The position numbers were made by a program, and so were the translations under genes. Source: Owenia fusiformis (taxonomy: Eukaryota). From it: a stretch of 64,000 nucleotides of DNA. Shown piece by piece: positions 28,201-41,839 of this stretch. The notes under the pieces are model-generated. The model saw nothing but the letters and a program-made list of their open reading frames with translations, had not been told where the DNA came from and did no database searches. Position 1 is the first letter of the stretch. Every line of letters begins with the position of its first letter. The stretch covers positions 3,596,001-3,660,000 of the forward strand of contig CAIIXF020000001.1 of NCBI GenBank assembly GCA_903813345.2, written 5' to 3'.

Positions 28201-30279
28201 ACAAATGATACCAAAGTGTAAGATTCTAAGTGGATTATCATATAGAATGACAGACATTAGCATCTTAGTTTGAAATGTCCAGCTCAGAATTGACATCAGT
28301 CATTAAAGTGACGTTTCACAATGAAGAATCGTAATTACGAGTAATGTTGACTCATACTTTGTGTTTACAGAAAAACGTAAGGCAGATGATGCGTTATCTT
28401 AGGTCAGGAAATTAATTACGACCAATTTGCAAGCATTGATACAGTCATGTTGGGTTTTCCAATGTACAATAGAGCAATTAGAGAATTTTAACCATCCAGA
28501 TAGCATCATGCGACTCAAAAGTTTACTCACTTTTCAGACATAATGGCCACAAATCGAATGCAAATATTGAATATGGGTAATTCAATTCCGACATAAAATT
28601 CATATTTGTCAACAAAACCTAATACCCATTTACCCATTTTTATGTTAATTCAATAATTCCCATCCAAAATATATCATCATCTGTTGAGATATATATAATT
28701 ATGAAGAATCATCAATTTATTAGTGTTTCAACAGCACATCCTGCAAACATATTCTGTCTACTTGAGCCTCTGACTTGCTCATGTGGGACTACAGTACACA
28801 ACAACACTAACCCAATATCCACATAAAGCTACAAGGGGTTTCCTACAATAAGCAGAATGAATGAAAACAACATGCAAAAAATTATTTGAAATTTTAATTT
28901 CAACATGGAAACAGTTGCAAAAGTTTGATAAAACAAAAACAGAAAGTTGCCTGTAACGAAAAACCCTCGTGTACAGCAGATATCAGAAACCAGGTTAGTT
29001 AGAATGTGGACTGTATGACTGTAACCACAGTTCAATAATGCCAGAAAACTGGTAATAATGAAATGAATGAGATTATTATGGAGATTGATGCAATAATTGA
29101 CAGCTACTGACAGGAGGATTCCTGTATGATGCAACGTGAGATCACAATGGAGGATTTTTTGTTATAATTACAGTAGCGTTCTAGTAGCAGAAGTTACTGT
29201 TTGTTTCTAGATTGATTCATTTACTCTCTGTATACTTTGCTAAATGTGGTTAAATAAATGAGCTGAATTAAAAATAATATACACATGTATAAAGTGATAA
29301 GATGATCAACCAACTTATTGTAAATCCTTTGTTGATCCCTTGCATAAAACCTCTGACTGACCCATTTATATTTCAAAAAATTGACCAAGTTCAGTGCAGT
29401 AGATAATATGTCAAAAATAAACAGGACTCAAGATCATCGTGATGGCCATATGTTCATCCTTGTAATATAACAACAACCAACACCATATTATCAGAGGCTT
29501 TTGCAGCTCAATTTGGCAGCTATTGAGGGGAAGCTATGAGAATTATGCCCCAGGGTCCTGGTCACAAGACCCCATTCATTATTCCAACATTATCCTTATT
29601 TGCTACTTAGACAATTTCTTCATGTAGAATAATTCCATTTATCAATGAATACGAGCAATGAAATCACAACTCAGTTCTTCCACTTGTTAACACGATACTC
29701 CCAAAATATTTCAGTTTCATATTCTGACGTGAGAACGGTTTAACACTGATACCACTGACATTTATGACGATGCTAAAGTGACAGTACTTGATAGAAGAAA
29801 AGATGAGAATGCAGGAGCGCCAGGTATCTGATGATAATATGTTGTGAAATGTAGCGTAATCTGGCTTATAAACAGTGCAGGTTATCGAGTCCTCCCTCTC
29901 AGTGCCAATACAACCAAATCAACAGACACATAACCAAGTCTGTGGTTACATCAACATACACCAATTTTCTTCTATTTATTATGAATCTCATCCTCTCTCT
30001 GTGAAGTTCCTTTGCAGCTTGGAATTGAGTAAGAAGAGCGGGAAAGCTGTATAATTTGATGTAATAAAACTGTGTTGTATAACTCAAGATGTTATCTTAC
30101 TGACAAACTATTAAGAAACAAACAAACAAGCCAATCAATAGCCTTGCAAAATGTACCAATCAATCTTAACAATGCATTTATCAATCAACATACATTTATC
30201 AATCAAGCAAACATTTAAAGACAAGAACACAAATGTGTACAAAATGTCCCCACCAAGTGGTGATCCCGTGAAATGGTTA

Positions 30280-31138
30280 TCCTGAAAATGAGTAGACAAG
30301 ACTTTACCAATCCAAAGTGGCCACCTTAAAATTTACCCAGAATGCCAAAAATTTAGTCAGTTCTAGATTTTCATACTAAGAACCACCCCTGAAAATTTGA
30401 AATTGATCCGTCACACAGTTAACCAGAAAACATGTAAACAAGACTTTACAGACAAGATTTCAGGATGGAAAATCCAAAATGGCTGCCTTGACATTTACCC
30501 AGAATGTCAAAAAACTAATCTGTTTGTAGATTTTCATACTAAGAATCATCCCTGAAAATATGAAATTGATCTACCAAACGGTTCACCTGAAAACGGGTAG
30601 ACAAGACTTTACAGACAAGATTTTAGGACAGAAAATCCAAAATGGCTGCCTTAACATTTACGCAGAATGCAAAAAAAGTAATCAGATGTAGATTTTCATA
30701 CAAAGAATCATCCCTGAAAATTTGAAATTGATCTATCAAACCGTTCTCCTAAAAACGCGTAGACAAGACTTTACAGGCAAGATTTTAAGACGGAAAATCC
30801 AAAATGGCTGCCTTGACATTTACCCAGAATGCAAAAAAACTAATCAGTTCTAGATGTTCATGCTAAGAATCATTCCTGAAAATTTGAAATTGATCTACGA
30901 AACGGTTCACCTGAAAACGAGTAGACAAGACTTTACAGACAAGATTTTAGGACGGAAAATCCAAAATGGCTGCCTTGACATTTACCCAGAATGCCAAAAA
31001 ACTAATGAGATCTAGATTTTTATACTAAGAATCATCCCTGAAAATTTGAAATTGATCCACCAAACGGTTCACCTGAAAACGCGCAGACAAGACTTCACAG
31101 ACAAGATTTTAGGACCGAAAAATCCAAAATGGCCGACA
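30280..31138. repeat. 162-bp tandem array (~5 units) inside the Helentron
   Basis: ACAAGACTT anchor at 30438, 30601, 30763, 30925 and 31087, plus a shortened unit from 30296. Confidence 0.95.
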
Positions 31139-31606
31139 ATAAAAAAGTCCTTATGAGTTTTTGCTGATTTCTTCTTACAAAATTATCACATATAACTACT
31201 GTTAACAATAAAGTAGGCTTTTACAGCAAAGTACATCTGAAATTATTTATAAAGCTACTAAATAGTTAAAGTATGAAAACTCAAAAACACCATTCAATAT
31301 GATACAAAGTATTATCGCGCGCTAACTTTTCTTAAGACATTCAAAATGGCTGACATGACTGAGCTAGCAGGTCCAAAACCTAATCAGATCTAGAATGAAG
31401 TGAGTTGAACAAGATGTTAAAGTTTTAAAAGCAACTGTGAAGCAGTTTTTCTTAAAGTTTGCAGACAAGGATTTTAGCATTTGACTTCAAAATGGCCGAC
31501 AGGAAGTAGGTATCAAGTTAATTTTTTTTCATCCACATCTGTATGCACTCATAAGTTATCCCTGAAAATTTGAAGGTGATATCTGTAGCGGTTTTGGAGA
31601 AAACTG

Positions 31607-31876
31607 CCGGACGTACGGACAGACAGACGGACAGACGGACATCATTTGTTGTTGCTGCATTGGTTTCTTCATTCATTTTCTTCTTTCATTGTCTTGATAT
31701 GATTGCGATGTTACTTATCTTTCTTCAGGGTCCACAGACTTGAGACTGCGCATAGGTGGGTTAAACGTTTTGATCCGGCCGGAAAACTCTCCCCTTCCCC
31801 TTACTGTTGGTCTTATGCTGATTTGTCATCTTAGTTTACCCTCTTTGCGGAGAACAGACGGACAGACAGACGGACG
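31607..31876. repeat. (GACR)n microsatellite split by a 212-bp unrelated insert
   Basis: GGACAGACAGACGGAC tracts at about 31616-31641 and 31854-31876 flank non-repetitive sequence 31642-31853. Confidence 0.85.
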
Positions 31877-32295
31877 CGCCTAGGCCGACAATATGGCCCC
31901 ACACTATGTGGTGGGGACATAAAAATGAATCAGATAACATGTGAAAAAGCAGAACCCTATCTTGCAATAATGTGTTTTATGTGAAATGGATTATCTCTAC
32001 ACCTACACTACAGTACGAACTTACACCCATGTTACACTTTAATATAAAGTCAAGATTCCCATTCTTCATTAGACTCAATGTAAGGTATCTTTGAACCCCT
32101 AATAATTAAACTTCAATGAAAGGAAAAATACCATAATTGAATTCCAAAATGACAAGAATCATTGAATTAGTTTTTTGATGACATATAAATTGGAGGGGTT
32201 ATCATATACAGTAAACATACATTGGTAAAGGTCAGTTGGAAGTTATCTGTGCTTGAACCCTTCAGACAGAAGTAGATGTTGGGAATGTAGTGGTA

Positions 32296-32503
32296 CAGTG
32301 AAACTTGTGTGAAGTAAACACCTACCTTGTCTCACTCACACATGTGAGTGTTCACAGTGAGACTGTTAACATTGGGATTGGTTCCAAGAACATTGGAGAC
32401 AATGGGACATAAAAGGATGAGATTTATAGAAGAGTTCACAATTTTAAGTGCTTACATTGAGGAGCTGCCTGTAGATATATATTCACATCTAGGCATTTTA
32501 CTG
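32296..32503. mobile_element. Degenerate Tc1/mariner-pogo-type MITE
   Basis: TA|CAGTGAAACT ... CATTTTACTG|TA termini resemble the 41695 copy. Confidence 0.45.
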
Positions 32504-35500
32504 TATTACTAGATCAGCATATAAAGGGTACCTTGAGAGAAACTGCTGCCAAAACTAGCTAGAGATCTTACAACATGTGTATTCAAGGACTTTTTATATT
32601 AGAAACATAACTGCATAAAAAGCTGAATTTATAAACGTATCTGGGTTAACACAATATAATCCTGAATTCCTGATGCCAATCAAGTATAATCGCTTTCAAT
32701 GACTTTGTGATGGAATGCTTTCTGTTCAAAAATATTAACCTGGCTGAGAAAGAAATAAACCCAGCACAATCAACTTAAAGCACAATCAGTGTATATAGCA
32801 CAATCAATCACTTCAACACAATCACAATCATCACTGACAATCAAAAGCTGTACATCTGCAGATTTGAGGCAGAGACTACTTGCCAGATGTAGGTACTCTC
32901 AAACCAGGTGAATGATATCTAAATGGCTCTCTAAATGCAATCAGAGATCCAACTCTAATGCTTACCAAGCATCTAATCATGTGAGTTCATCAGCCAAGGA
33001 ACTACCTTCTTCTGATCGGAGTCTTACTTATCAGGGATGGTTCATCAGGCATGGAACTCAACAGTGGTCATCTTACATGTAATTATATCACAGAACCTTA
33101 AGTGTTGAAGATATACGTTACAGGATGTAATAACATTATGATCACTTACACGTAATATAATACAAAACAGAATACGTATGAACTTGAAAACTCCCCTAAA
33201 CATCAATGTAGAAGCAATACTCTGAAATTAGATTATTGCACTAGAAAATCGAAACTCCTAATAAAGATGATTACTTTAGTTAAACTAATGATGGAAGGTG
33301 CTCAGAGAGACTGAAGCATTAGATATTGTTACTTTCAAGCAGACAAGGTGGATTCATTCACCAGAAAATGAAGATTTTTGGATTTCAAGAGCGTGACATT
33401 TCACCTATCTATCTCTAATGACTGGAAGTAGCATGAAACGAGCTGTAAATAAGACTATGTACGCAGTCAGCTTATCTGCTCCACATCTAAAACATGTATT
33501 TGCTTTCCACAAAACATCGGCTTACAGCATCATGAATGGACTTGACATTTACGTTACATCACATTAAGATAAGAACATCGAAATCCCCTACAGCGTAATA
33601 TAAAAAACCACTAAAAATGTAAAAAAATTCAAAATTCTTAGATAGTATGATCTTGGGAATTTGTTTTTTCAATGATACAATTTTTGATAAATTAATTATA
33701 ATGATAGATGTTTTTCAGTGATGATGACATATGAAAGTATTTCATTTAGTTTCACCCAGTTTTAATCTCAAATCTCTAATTATCTCCAGGGTTGGTTGTG
33801 TTTCACTTGAGGTGGACCATAAATGCCCTTCTAGAGCTCTGCCCCTACTTCAGGTCTAGAGATTATAGCTTGTAAACAGGTTCAAAATGATTCCAGCTCT
33901 TTTGAGTAGCTAGCTACCAGTTCAGAGTTCAAACCATCCTGCTCACTGTTACGAAATGTACTTTTCAAGGGGCAATTAATTATTGCTCATTTTGATTAAT
34001 GTTGAATATGATTTGAGGGTCAATTAATGTATAAAGCATCCACTTTCTGACTCGTCTGCACTGTAAACCAGGCCAGCAAGCCGAATCTCGTGTTTTGAAA
34101 ACAAATTAACTTCTTGGCAAACAATTCATTTTGAAAATGGGAAGTTCAAAGGAAGAATAAATTCACATACCAGAGAGATCCAAACTTCGTGGCAGATCCA
34201 GAGAAAATACAGAAATTACAGTTTAAATATTTCAACGGCTTGTAGTTTTTCGACTGTAAGCTTACTAGCTCAGAAAGCATGAACAATACAGAACTGCATC
34301 AAAATCACAAAAACAAGAAAAGCACAAAATCAAAAATGAAGATATACAGACTAAACCAGTCTGAAAACCACAATACTGCAAACACAAATACAACCTCATT
34401 ATAAAGAAAACTGTTTTGCTTTATAAGTGCTTTTACTTTGGTTAATTACAACTTCAGGAAATATTCAACTCTTTTTATCTGAAAAAAAGATTACAGTTCT
34501 TTATATTTATTCTTTGTGCAATAACAAACTGACAACCTCTGGCCCTCATTTTAGATGATGAATAAATAAAACTCACTTGAAAACTTAAAAATGAACTTCT
34601 AATTGGATTGAACAGTCAATGATATTTGTGTGGTATTCCAAGTTATTTGACACACAGGGTGGGATGGGATCAAACAAACTTGTTTTTTCAAGTTGTATAC
34701 TTTAATTCACAAGAAAATAAAACTATGTGCAACCGAACTCCCAAATCAACCACTTTTTCTGACTTCTCAATGCACCTTTGAATCAAACATAACAAAGGTC
34801 GGCATTATTGCGATGGCCTGACTTTTAGTATTGTGCTATATGGGATTTGTATGTGGGAACTAGCCCAGTATTTGGTAGGTCTGATACTTTATACACTGAT
34901 AGAAAGGTAAATAGACAGAAAGGTAAGATGATCTATATGAGCTGAACATGACACCCCTTGTTATGTTCCTCCCGCCTGTGTTATTGTAACGAAATGAATG
35001 GCTCAAGAAAGCAGTGAAAACATGCAGGGCCGCAGTGTTACTAAACTCCAAAAATGCTACAAAAACTGTGTAAATATCCACAGATTGGTGAATGTCTAAC
35101 ACAATTTAACAGTATAGACTAGCACTACAAAGAATTCGCAAAGTTTATTCTCAAACACTTGATCTGTGTGTGCATGTTTGATATGTAGCAAACCAAAACT
35201 AATGAAAGCGCTATCAAATTATAACAGCTCTATATACCTGCCTTCAATAACTGGCACTTTTAGAGAAACGGCTCTCCAAAATGTCAAATTGTTCGATGAT
35301 TGACCCAAAAAAGCAAATAAATATCTTGAAAAGGCTACTTTCTGCCAACAACCATGAGGATTAAGAAGTACATGTAAATACCACTCACCTAAAGGGATTA
35401 AGAAAACACGAGGATCATTAATCTGTAGTAAATCCATACTTGGTTAGTTTTAACTGTTGTCCTAGCTTGAAGAAGTCAGTGGTCAATAGCGTGACTTGAT

Positions 35501-38500
35501 GGCCACACTCCAATGATTCTGCCTCCCGCTGTATTTCTATCTCCAATAAGTTTGTCACATTTTACTACCTCAAGCTCCCGCTATTTTAACATCAAACCAT
35601 CCTAATCTAGAACACAAATCGTGATAAAGGTATTTTTATCTAGAAAGTGTATTGTGTTGTATCACAATATTTACTAACACTTTTCCAATTGGTTTCTATG
35701 CTCCGTCTAATAGCCAATAAATTCTTTACAAATCCTAGTATTTGGCAAAATTTGTTGATAAATAATAAATATCCTTAGTAAAACATTGATGTTTGAATAT
35801 TACTATCCAAGAGTTAGGCACTGAAGAAGGTTGTAGTTCTCTATTATAAAGTGTAACAACTTATATCTTTACATAGGCATCAATTATGTGTGCTCCGTTG
35901 AGGTTCAACTGCTAATGTGTGTACAATTGGAGTTCACATGGCCAACTTGTAGTACCTTCATATAGCATATGTTTCCAGGCTTCTGATTGGTCCATCAGAT
36001 GAAATTGATTAAAGTGTCTATTTCTCGTTACTTCAGCTTGCCATCTTTTGGTCGAAACTTCATCCTGAGATCCTAAACTCACTGAGATTCTGTAAAACAT
36101 ACAACATAAACACTTATTCAAAAAATTAAGTTAGTTTTCATAATTCTCATTTTACAACAGTTTCAAGTTGTTTTGACTTCTATTAACAATGTTTAGTAAG
36201 AGATGTGAAAAAATATTTTCAAATATTGGTAGACAACTTTCATCTGTCACTAGATGAGGTACAAACTTGACAACCTTGTCAGCAAAATATGAAAAATGTG
36301 TTTACTATATTTAATCATAAATATGTTTTATCAAATCCTGTCATAATTTGAAGCTAATAAATGCAACACTTGCAATTAGACACTGTAGAATTATGTATTT
36401 TAACAGCAGAAAATGTCAGCTATAAAACATTTTGACATGCGTGTCCTAAGTAAAGGTTATTTTGTTCAATGAAACAAACAAAGATATAAAAATGGATAAA
36501 AATACTTTTTTTGTTTTGCATTTGATGTATATTCATTAATGTTTATATATCACGAATGATAATCCACCCCTTATTAACCTCTTCATTTTTTATACCATAA
36601 TGAATGGTTTCAAAAGAACGGGTAAGTGATCTAAGCAATTAGCATGAATAATAGCTAACCAAATAGTGTGAAAAATATATCACACCATTCTAAAAATGAG
36701 AAATGAGGGATAAGCTGCCTTCCATTACAGAATTTATTAGATACAGTTAAAGTTATCTATTGGTCTGAGAGTTTATCTTAGAATTTTAAACTAAATGTCA
36801 AGTATGGTCAGATATAAGGTAACCAATTACCCCAAAACATTTAGGTGAAAGATCGATAAAAAATCAATCAACTGTAAAAAAAATCAAAATATTTTCATTT
36901 ATCTTAGAGGTGGTAAATAAAAATTGACCTTTAGAAATAACTAGAGAATCGTGACTGAAGGAAACAACATGATGAACCTCCCAGAAACCGTTTTCTACCA
37001 GGGGAACACATCTTAGATAATAAAGTATGGAAAATTCATTTGTCTAGTTTTTGGGTGGTATTTCATCGAGAGGTTTCAACAATGTTCAGCCTAACTGGAT
37101 TAAATATAGCAAAGTGATTAGATCAATCCAATACGCATTTTATGATATAAAAATTGTAAATTATATCTATATGTGCTACATTATGTTCTTTTTGTGCCTA
37201 ATGTGTTGTATTCCAAAAAAATCCAACCGCAAATCATCCCCTTGTATTAAATCCAACATAACCTTCCAGATCACTGCCCCAATGCTATACATCTTCAAAT
37301 GACTTGTTCATTATGGGGAAACAGTGAAATGAAGGGAGGGTAATAAACTGCTCAATTCAGAACCTCAATGTTTCTCTTCCTATGCCTCATAAGTGATATA
37401 TTATTTTTTCAATTTCAATCCAATTGAGGTGATAATATATGGTATAGCTTGTTAAAGGAGGTTTAGTGTAAACAGGAATAGTTTATGTTGTATGGTCGAA
37501 AGACACTAAAGGGTACTCGATCTGACTCAGCTGACAGTTATACTGTAGATAAACTATAGAAAGGGCCTAAAGAACATATTAGTGAATTTGTGATTAATGT
37601 TACGGCTAGACCATAAACATGAATAGAACATCATTGCCCCCTTGGAAATAAACAATAAATCGGCAATAATGTCTCTACCACTGACTGTTTCATGACGGGA
37701 GAATCCTGCCAACCGAAGAGAGAGATGTTTTCATTCAAGTGTTTGCTGTTAGCCGTGACACCGAATTGCAATATGAAGGTTTACATTCTAAAGGTGTCAA
37801 TCAATGTGGCAGTTTCAAGATGCCAAAAGCACTTTTATTGAAAATGAAAATAACTATGAAACTGCTAAATTTCCATATAAATTGAGGGTTCTCCTTAAGG
37901 AGATAAAGTGAGCCAAATGTACATTATTTTTAAAAACAAATGACAATGTAATAACAAGTTATTCTACATAAACCATGCAGATACTGTGAGTCTGATTTCT
38001 ATTCCATTCTTGTTATAAACATTCTCCCAGCCATTATGGTTTAGCAGACTCTTCTAATATTGTCTTGTCAGTCTGCAAAAGCCCTCTGCCCACTCAGCAA
38101 GGTGTTTAGTAAGATATTTATGGCTAACTCGCTTACTCTTATCTAGAATGATGAGCTTTTAGTTTTTCTACTACTTGAAGTGACACATCCTGCACCTTAC
38201 TGGCCATACAACAGTACAACACGCCCTTAGGACTTTGCTGCTTCTTCAGGAATTCGAACATTTCTTAGCAAATGGTTCTGAGGTGAAGTGATTGGGTACA
38301 TTCTTATAGAGATAATGCCCCTAGAATATGAGGGAAATGAAGATTAAACTTGGAAGATTTATGAATTAGGGACTACATGACCCCGGGTCATATTAACCAA
38401 ACTGACTGTCAATCTGCCAATCATTTATGTACAAGTAAACCATAGGTAACATAACTCCCTGATAAAATAGTCCTCCTCCTAGTATATAATCCCTCTCTTT

Positions 38501-41500
38501 AGGAAGACCAGAGATTATCATAATCACCCAAAGAACACTCTGACCTTTCTTCACAAATATCTAATTAATTTCATAGTCTGAATTCAAACAATATGCAACC
38601 GATAGCTGGATAGGGGGTAGAGGATATAATATCTTCTGCAAATGTTCTTGCTGTTGCACAAATAAAATCTTGATATACAAAGACCTGCCAATCTAATAAA
38701 GAAACCATATGACAGGATAGATGGTTATCTCATCATAGAGATGATCTACCATATGAGAACTATCATTCTAAAATACAGCCCTTGGAAAAAACAAGTTTTA
38801 TGTATTTTTGAAGAAAATGGTTTTATACCAAAGCAAACAATCTTGGAATCATTTATTTTTAAGAACTTTTAAGTTTGAGTAAACATGCATTGAATGATCT
38901 GAATGCTTTTAAATCATCAAAGACATCTCAGTTATAAAGTTAAAAAAATACAAAAAGACAAGTTACATATCATACATGTATTGTATACTGCGATTATGAA
39001 TTGAAATGAACATAAAAAGTTAAAAAATCTATTTCAAGTTGGGATAAGGCATTTGTAGAATTGTGTGGCTTGACCATACTAAGCCCCCCCCCCTCTCTAC
39101 TTTCCCCCTATGATTTTCATTATGGTCTCATTGGGCATTGACACTGATTAGCTACCAGGCTTTAAAGTGCTCACCTGATGAGCCACCTGGTTTGAATGAG
39201 GATCAATCCTAAATGCTAATTCCTAATATACCACAAAAATTAAAAAATCGAGAATGACCAAAAACACATTTTTAAGCCAATTTGATCTTTGCAGAATATC
39301 AGGAGTTTATTCATTGATGGAACAAGTTAGAGATTGCTTTGATTCGTAAAAACGCCTAGGACAGGCAAGAAATTGCTTGCTTCAAAACATAATGCCATAA
39401 TTATCACATTTGAGTCCAGTACTTCTACCATGTCTCATTGACTTATCCCATCCAATCTTTCACTTTTAAACATTTTAAGAGCTAAAAATCTCTACTTTAC
39501 CATACTTCAGTTCTAAAAAGGTTGGCTTCATATCTGCCATTGGCATTTATAAGAATATAAATATTTAGTCAAAACTACAGCCTAAACTTTCTCCTGGGAT
39601 GTATGGTCTGACATGTTGAATGATCCTATACCATTTGGGACATATACCAAGTAGTTCAATCTAATTTGAAGATGTTTTTGATGTGTCTTTGGGCCAAACA
39701 GAGCTCCTGAAACAGACCCTTAGGGATAATGGATTGCTCTGCAGAGGCTGGCAGATTTCATACACAACAAATGAAAAATAGCAAAATCAAAGAAATCTTA
39801 CACATTGACAGTTTTATTTGAGTCCTCTGCATGATCAAAACCAACACTCAACTTTTGTATTTTTGAACTTTTAAGAACAAAGTCTAGTGCCTTTATCATA
39901 AAATGGTGAGAAAAGATGAGGGGGATTCAAAGTGAAAACAAACCCAGACCAGCACCTGTAATTCTTCCTATAATTAAACTGTTGAGAGGAACATAAATAT
40001 AGAATATAACGAAGATCTACTCGCAGTGGGTCACAATTAGCAGTGGATGTTATTGCGATTCCAAATCCAGGTACATCTGGATTTCCCGTTTCTGAAATTG
40101 ATTTCATTTGTATATATAAACAAGAGGCTTTCCTATGCATCCGAGCTCCATAGTACCAACCTGGGCTATTCTTCAATGTAAATATTTGCCCAGAATCTGG
40201 CTCAGTTGTTTTGTTATAACAGCTGAATTACAAGTCAGTCTCTATGGGCCTATGGAGCTATATTTCTACATATTGTATATGTATGGGCTAAATTAGCAGA
40301 GGTACCTTAGAGAAATGGAGGTATTTATTAACCATCATCTCAGGTACTCTCTCTATAGTAAGTGGAGGTATCCATTACCCACAATCCCCATGCATCCCTT
40401 TGTTATAAGCAACCAGCTATATGGCAAAATGATCATTAGGCAACATTGAAAAAAAATTATGTGACCTTGATTGTACAAATATCAAATCCAACTAGTCCTT
40501 TGCTATCTCTAAGCTTTAATTACATTTCTGTAATGATAAAAGACAATCTCTCACTAATATTTAATAAGTGAAACATACAAAGGATGAAATAAGTGGCAAT
40601 TATGTTGATATGTTATAACTTGTTATTCTAGAGCAATGAAGTTCTTTTCTTTAGATTCTCATATCAATATAAAGGTCGACATGCTAATCACAGTGATGAC
40701 AAGCGAATATCATATATCAGTCTGGAAAAAACATTGAAAATGCCAAAGTAATCGGCAGCTACAATATTTCACTTATTAATAGATTACGTAAGAAGTCATC
40801 CCGGGGTAGTCTCACATTGAAGCTAGATTAGAGGGGATTACTACAATGTCATATATATTAGAAACATAGCTTAACATATCCCAAGGTTTCCTCTGGACGG
40901 ATTAGCCATAAGCTGACTTATCCCTAAGTCCGTTGTAGAGACAAACAGAATAAATGACTCACGGGGGCGAGGAATAAACACAGACCTTTGGGTGAATATA
41001 CACTGTTAATACACCAGTTTTTACTTTTTGTTTGTTGAGGTTGCCATGAGAGATTATATGATGTCACAACCAGTATCTCTGTTGTGATGTCACAACCATA
41101 ACCTCCTAAAGGAGATCCTCAACCAAGGTACATCTTTGAAGTGGATGGGGCTCTTATACTTTATCTCAATAGCTCCTCTCCTTATGTAGAATTCTAGTTG
41201 TCTCTCTATACCAGACTAAAACCCTCAAAAGGACCCCACACTAGTTTATCTATTAAAACGTCATCTTATGTTGATTGCACAACATATTTATCCAAGTCCC
41301 CACTTCAACTTGTATCAGCTGAGATAGAATAATCAAAATGAACGCAATAAATTCCTCGGTAAATTCTAGCAATATAATGAAGGATCTTGAGAAAATAACA
41401 TAGAGGAAATATAGACATAAAACTCAAAACATATTGTTAATTATCTAATCGAAGACTAAGTTACAATGTGTATTTTTTTGAATGCGTGAAAACGTCTGAT

Positions 41501-41694
41501 TTTTCAGTTTGACACTGACTTTCTGGCTTAGAATTCAACTCTTCACTTTTTGTGAAATAAGTTATAAATTGTTAAACAAGACAAGCTGATCCAAGGAATC
41601 TTGGACAGTTATGAGTTTTTGTTCTGATAAAATTTAATGAGGTTAATTACAGTATTGTGTTCTATTCCAAGTTCCAAAGCAAGCATATCATGTA

Positions 41695-41839
41695 CAGTAA
41701 AACCTGTAAAGTACAACAAATATAAGAACAGCTCCATTAGTTATTTTACATTCACTTAAATGAACCTCTGTAAGTGGAACACCTCCCAAAATGGAAAACT
41801 ATTTTGAGGTAACATGTTCTACTTACACAGGTTCTATTG
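41695..41839. mobile_element. Tc1/mariner-pogo-type MITE
   Basis: TA TSD and imperfect TIRs CAGTAAAACCTGTAAAGTA / TACTTACACAGGTTCTATTG. Confidence 0.7.

Larger units (their letters stand above)
30221..31922 (-). mobile_element. Non-autonomous Helentron (HINE/DINE-1-like) element
   Basis: Perfect 12-bp subterminal inverted repeats ATGTCCCCACCA (30244-30255) / TGGTGGGGACAT (31909-31920). Also a partial IR hairpin at 31897-31916, a (GTCY)n microsatellite, central tandem core repeats, a short terminal hairpin ACACA-AA-TGTGT (30227-30238) and A/T-tract flanks. Confidence 0.85.

Noticed and set aside
39175-39200. CTGATGAG hammerhead-like core (also at 8794 and 42910)
   Set aside because: No properly placed stem II-GAAA-stem III could be built.
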